Source: Candidatus Hodarchaeota archaeon
Lineage (GTDB): Archaea; Asgardarchaeota; Heimdallarchaeia; Hodarchaeales; Hodarchaeaceae
DNA length: 31,364 nt
Assembly (NCBI GenBank): GCA_016839785.1
Contig: JAEOTQ010000106.1
Location: 1 to 31,364, forward strand
Direction: 5' to 3'
The position numbers and the translations under genes are program-made. Numbering within the stretch: position 1 is the first letter of the stretch; every line of letters starts with the position of its first letter. This document shows positions 27,409 to 31,364 of this stretch, in pieces. The notes beneath the pieces are model-generated. The model had not been told where the DNA came from and did not search any database. It worked only from the letters and a program-made list of their open reading frames with translations.

Positions 27409-29445
27409 CTAATTTTCAATGACGAAAAAAATCCGAAATTTATCGCTGAGAGGAACATTCTTGAGATATAGCAAGTAGCTAACAAGGAAGCTCGAGAGAG
27501 CACCGTTTACTGAATTATCATTTACAACAGAAAATAATTCGTCTTTGTTTGAATAATGTTTAAAAATTTTCACCGCAACCTTATAGGGGGATAGATTCAG
27601 AGTAGCTTTTAAGGGAGGCAAATCGATACGTTTCATGATGGGTCCAAGGTTCTTTTCTTGGGAAAATAAAACAAACTGGATGGCGAAATTGGTTGAAAAA
27701 TTTATTAAGCGTTTTCTACCTGGTGTTGGATTGAAAAGTAGTTTGATATTGTCGATTGAAGGACTATTCCGCAGGAATACAAGGAATTTCACAACCTCAG
27801 GTATTGTAGTGAAGCTTTGGAAGTCTAGTTCAGATTTAATAGCAGAAAGCCACCAAGACAAGAAAGTATCTTGATTAAGATTGGAAGCGACAAACCAATT
27901 CCAGTCTTTCTTGAAGAGATGTTTTTGTGAGAGGTAAGTATCGCCAATTAAACCAAAGAATTCATCTAGAATGTTTGCACTCCCAAAGTGACGTAAGAGA
28001 GCGGGAGGATATGTAAACGAGGGCCAGAGTTCGTTGTATGAATATTTAATTTTCCCATTGACTGATGACCACGTATGGTTTAACGTGTCCTTCGAGGGGT
28101 GTATATAATCGTAAATTCTTGTTGCTTTGATAATAAGACAAGAATCGAAGAGGCTACTAAGCCCAGCATCATCAGCTCGCTTTAATGTGATACGGATAGT
28201 TTCAGGAGTCGTTTCAGGGTGTCCTAAAAAGATGTTCCAAGATTTCAGGAAATCTCCAGGATTTAATGATTGGGGAGCTCTGAATATTCGTTCCTCCAAG
28301 GAAAAATACTTTTTCCCGCTGTGCCTGAACTCTTCTTTAATCACCTCTTTTGTTTGAGTGAAAAATTTGATAATCTCATCACTCTTTAGAGGGGGATTAA
28401 TCGTTGCAAGATTGTGATCATCAAGAGAAACGACATCAGTAGATCCTCCACAAAAACCTGCTTTTCTGATGTGTTTGACTTCATCCACAGAGAAAGTCAT
28501 CAGGTGCAAGGTGTACCACGATATTTTCTCGTAATCCTCCCTCTCTTTATTAATTTCCAGTATACGATCTGCAAGATTCATAACAAACTCATTGCTCTCA
28601 GTATTAATTTCAGAGCAAATGAAAAACAGTTTATTCAGTTGATACTTTCTAAGAAAGTTGATTTCATCTACTATAACATCTAAATCGCGGTATTGTACCT
28701 TTTTCCCTACAACCAAAGGTTCAGAGCAAAAGGAACAAAGCTTTGGACAACCCCGAGACACTTCTATGGGAACACTAAGCTCCACATCCTCCCCTACAAA
28801 CCGAGAATAGAATGCCTGTCGATTCTCAATAATCTCTGCAGTATATTCTTGACGTGAAGCAGGAGGGAAAAACTTGGAAGGACCTCTCTGAAGAGTCTCT
28901 GCTTGATAATAAATGAGATTAGCAATCTGATCTAAACTTTCTTGCACTAAAACGTCTTCAAAGTGTTCAAAAAAGGCATCAGGACCTCCAATAACACCAT
29001 AATCGGGTTTAAGATATTTCATTAATTTTTCGGGCATAACAGAAAAACCATATCCCCCAATAACAATCGGTATATGTATCAATTTTCGAAGTGTTTGAAT
29101 TAGATGTTTTGTTGCTTCGATTGGATAATATGATAATGGTTCTTGCGATCGAGAAACGATAGGTTGGTGATAATTATAATTAGTAGGTAGTTTACTATAC
29201 CTATCTACCTCCACTGTGTCTGTGTTTCTCAAGGTAATTAATATCATATCAAAAGAGGTTTTCTGCAGTAATTTCTGGAGATAAACTTCCCATTGATCTT
29301 CCGGAATCCCATACATATCGTTAGGGACAGTATGAACCCCATATCTATCTGCAATCTCTGAAACTTGCACGAACGCATAAGGATATAGCAACGCAGTTTT
29401 GAGATTGCTTGCATTAAGTAAAAGGATAGCTCTTTGAGGGCCCAT
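27409..29445 (-). CDS. Cobalamin-binding radical SAM protein (class B-like) with long C-terminal extension
   Basis: EVSRGCPKLCSFC (CX3CX2C); N-terminal LITLRNTD and IVIGGYGFSVMPE...DYGVIG B12-domain pattern. Confidence 0.85.
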   Translation of the reverse strand: MGPQRAILLLNASNLKTALLYPYAFVQVSEIADRYGVHTVPNDMYGIPEDQWEVYLQKLLQKTSFDMILITLRNTDTVEVDRYSKLPTNYNYHQPIVSRSQEPLSYYPIEATKHLIQTLRKLIHIPIVIGGYGFSVMPEKLMKYLKPDYGVIGGPDAFFEHFEDVLVQESLDQIANLIYYQAETLQRGPSKFFPPASRQEYTAEIIENRQAFYSRFVGEDVELSVPIEVSRGCPKLCSFCSEPLVVGKKVQYRDLDVIVDEINFLRKYQLNKLFFICSEINTESNEFVMNLADRILEINKEREDYEKISWYTLHLMTFSVDEVKHIRKAGFCGGSTDVVSLDDHNLATINPPLKSDEIIKFFTQTKEVIKEEFRHSGKKYFSLEERIFRAPQSLNPGDFLKSWNIFLGHPETTPETIRITLKRADDAGLSSLFDSCLIIKATRIYDYIHPSKDTLNHTWSSVNGKIKYSYNELWPSFTYPPALLRHFGSANILDEFFGLIGDTYLSQKHLFKKDWNWFVASNLNQDTFLSWWLSAIKSELDFQSFTTIPEVVKFLVFLRNSPSIDNIKLLFNPTPGRKRLINFSTNFAIQFVLFSQEKNLGPIMKRIDLPPLKATLNLSPYKVAVKIFKHYSNKDELFSVVNDNSVNGALSSFLVSYLLYLKNVPLSDKFRIFFVIEN

Positions 29446-29651
29446 GCGTTTTACCCCGAAATAGATTATTTTGATCCGAAGAAGGGGATGCCTCTTGATA
29501 AAGGTATCCTATCAATTCTTTTCCTCAATAAAACGTTAAGGAAGAATCCATAGAAGAGTCTCCTCCTAAATACAAGTTCCTAAGAAAATGGCATCTCGAA
29601 TTAACAATCAAACTCGTTCCCAAATCATCACAATCTTAGTAAATCGTGTTA

Positions 29652-30194
29652 TTATTTTCTGTAATACTGTAAAAACTGGTATTTTTCAGGATCAACCTCT
29701 TTTATTGCTTCAGCAGCACGTTTAACATCAATTTGAACAAATGGTTTGAATTGTTCACCTAATTCTTTCGGATCCTGGATTTTTTTTGTTTTAGAGTAAA
29801 AAGCTGTCCAGAGGTGGTCAGCGAATACTATGACTGCTTTTTTAGAATTAATCTTGAACAGAGGTTCATAATATTCTCTAAAGGTTCGTTCATTACAGGT
29901 ATCGGTAACAGAGAGAAGCATGATTTTCCAGATATGTTCCTTGACTTGACCCGTGTCAATGTTGGTTAAAGCGCCAAATTGTGCCCTCAATTCCTTCGGA
30001 TTTCTTATTTCTCTAGTAATAGAATATAATTTTGCCCACAAGGGAGCAGCGATTAATTTAACTGCATTTTTTGATTTAATCTTGAATATTGGTTCCAACC
30101 TCCTCCTGTATGCCTCCTTAGTTCCAACGTCAATTTTGGAGGAACAAAGCATGATCCAGAGTTGTTTTTCCACCTTTTCCTGATATTCTCCCAT
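29652..30194 (-). CDS. Hypothetical four-repeat helical protein, copy 2
   Basis: Paralog of 23081-23620; GGTGATG RBS. Confidence 0.85.
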   Translation of the reverse strand: MGEYQEKVEKQLWIMLCSSKIDVGTKEAYRRRLEPIFKIKSKNAVKLIAAPLWAKLYSITREIRNPKELRAQFGALTNIDTGQVKEHIWKIMLLSVTDTCNERTFREYYEPLFKINSKKAVIVFADHLWTAFYSKTKKIQDPKELGEQFKPFVQIDVKRAAEAIKEVDPEKYQFLQYYRK

Positions 30195-30254
30195 TTCATC
30201 ACCAATTTGAATCTATTACAATTTCTTTTAAGAAACTATTCACAGAATTCTCTA

Positions 30255-30434
30255 GAAAAGCCAGTAGTGATCTTAAGTTTCTTTACTCCAAATATCAAAA
30301 CTATCCGAATTGTTGAAGAACAGCTAAAACAGACCTTTTCTGATATTATTTCTACCGATACGATTACGGGGGGTGAAGCCTTTCATTTTCATGATTGGCG
30401 AGTGGATCATATCTTAGAAATGGCAAAGAGATAA
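30255..30434 (+). pseudogene. Probable 3' remnant of a gene lacking its 5' part
   Basis: KPVVILSFFTPNIKTIRIVEEQLKQTFSDIISTDTITGGEAFHFHDWRVDHILEMAKR* looks like globular protein sequence, while the upstream part of ORF 30162-30434 is merely antisense to copy 2 and its promoter. Confidence 0.4.
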
Positions 30435-30610
30435 AGTCAGGGGTTTCACATCTGATGCATTCAATACTTGTCCTCGATTTGTCAATGACCTAAAGTAACA
30501 TTAGGCTCATTGTGAAGGTACCCCAGATAGAATAATATTTTTCAATCCTTTTAATAAGGGATTCATTAGTAAGATGAAAGATCGCCTATAATTTTAAAAG
30601 ATGAGAAAAG

Positions 30611-31108
30611 ATGGTATTTGAGAAAATTGTGTTAAATGGTCTATTTTACACAACATTTGGTACTCTCTATCTATTGATTTTTATGGTTACTTTCGACCCT
30701 CGAATATGGGGATATCAGGATTATCCAAAGAAAATAAAGGAAAAAGTTCCCCCACAAACTCGAAGAGAAAGGGCTATCGCGGGTTTCGTTGGTATGCCCT
30801 GGTTTGTTTTCATTTTCGCTTATCCTTTGATTTCTACTGCTTACATGGAAACAGAGCTTGGTGGTGAGATTCCGTTCGAAATAGCGTTCTTTAACATGTT
30901 TTTCATGGTTTTTTTGTTTTTTCTGGTTGATTTAGTGATTCTAGATTGGTTAATCATCAGTAAAATTACGCCTAAGTTTGTAATCATTGACGGTACAGCT
31001 CCAGAAGATTATAAGGATTTTTCTCATCATTATAAAGGTCATCTTCTTGCCTCTATTCCGCTAATCTTGATTAGTGTAGTATTTTCTGCAATTATTGTAT
31101 TTCTTTAA
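30611..31108 (+). CDS. Hypothetical 4-TM membrane protein (PRIW..DYP motif)
   Basis: Four hydrophobic helices; DLVILDWL and DF.HH.KG segments. Confidence 0.8.
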   Translation: MVFEKIVLNGLFYTTFGTLYLLIFMVTFDPRIWGYQDYPKKIKEKVPPQTRRERAIAGFVGMPWFVFIFAYPLISTAYMETELGGEIPFEIAFFNMFFMVFLFFLVDLVILDWLIISKITPKFVIIDGTAPEDYKDFSHHYKGHLLASIPLILISVVFSAIIVFL

Positions 31109-31364
31109 TGACGCGACTTCTGACGTGAACGTTGTCTACTTTTGTCATAACATTCTTCAATCCTTTTATGACGTAACCAACATTGATTCCTTGAGGACAG
31201 CGCGTACTACAAAGAGAACAGGTTCTGCAGTACCAAATCTGCTGTTCAACAAGAGTCTGTCTATTAAATTCACCAAGAAGAAGTTTTTTCATTATTCTTC
31301 TAGGATTAAAGTTCGAAGAATGTCTAAAGATAGGACACTTACCCGCACAGGCACCACATTGATA
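31092..31364 (-). CDS. hdrC: Heterodisulfide reductase subunit C-like 2x[4Fe-4S] protein (5' end outside the window)
   Basis: Frame open to the window edge: YQCGACAGKCPIFRHSSNFNPRRIMKKLLLG...IWYCRTCSLCSTRCPQGIN. Confidence 0.8.
   Translation of the reverse strand, partial: YQCGACAGKCPIFRHSSNFNPRRIMKKLLLGEFNRQTLVEQQIWYCRTCSLCSTRCPQGINVGYVIKGLKNVMTKVDNVHVRSRVIKEIQ

Noticed and set aside
4936-30183. Numerous 60-90-aa ORFs overlapping or antisense to long genes (e.g. 5456, 6132, 7752, 10291, 20119, 23280, 27635, 29953)
   Set aside because: Shadow frames of well-supported CDSs with no motifs; 23280 and 29953 resemble each other only because the opposite-strand genes are paralogs.
23081-30194. 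Diversity-generating retroelement template/variable repeat or composite transposon formed by the paralog pair
   Set aside because: Both copies are intact genes, the differences are not adenine-specific, and no reverse transcriptase or transposase is present.

Overview
A 31.4-kb AT-rich (about one-third GC) archaeal chromosomal window. GGTGA/GAGGTG ribosome-binding motifs, an HdrC-like gene and surface proteins with tandem Ig-like repeats suggest an Asgard archaeon (Heimdallarchaeia/Hodarchaeales-like); this assignment is inference. Housekeeping content: thrB-thrC, a lysophospholipase + ABC-2 exporter + PlsC-like acyltransferase run, flavodoxin, ACT, GNAT, nitroreductase, a B12-radical SAM enzyme and a partial HdrC. 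The most notable observations are: (i) an NfsA-type nitroreductase split near its 3' end by a ~330-350 bp higher-GC insert bounded by a near-palindromic 11-mer, whose removal restores the frame; (ii) an orphan family-5 solute-binding protein fused through one transmembrane helix to a ~290-aa cytoplasmic TPR-like domain, a receptor-like architecture; (iii) a sulfite-oxidase-family Mo domain fused to a 4-His cytochrome-b-like membrane domain but containing no cysteine; (iv) two dispersed ~68%-identical paralogs made of four helical repeats, with a shared promoter; (v) several broken genes and gene remnants. No rRNA, tRNA, CRISPR array or transposase was recognised.
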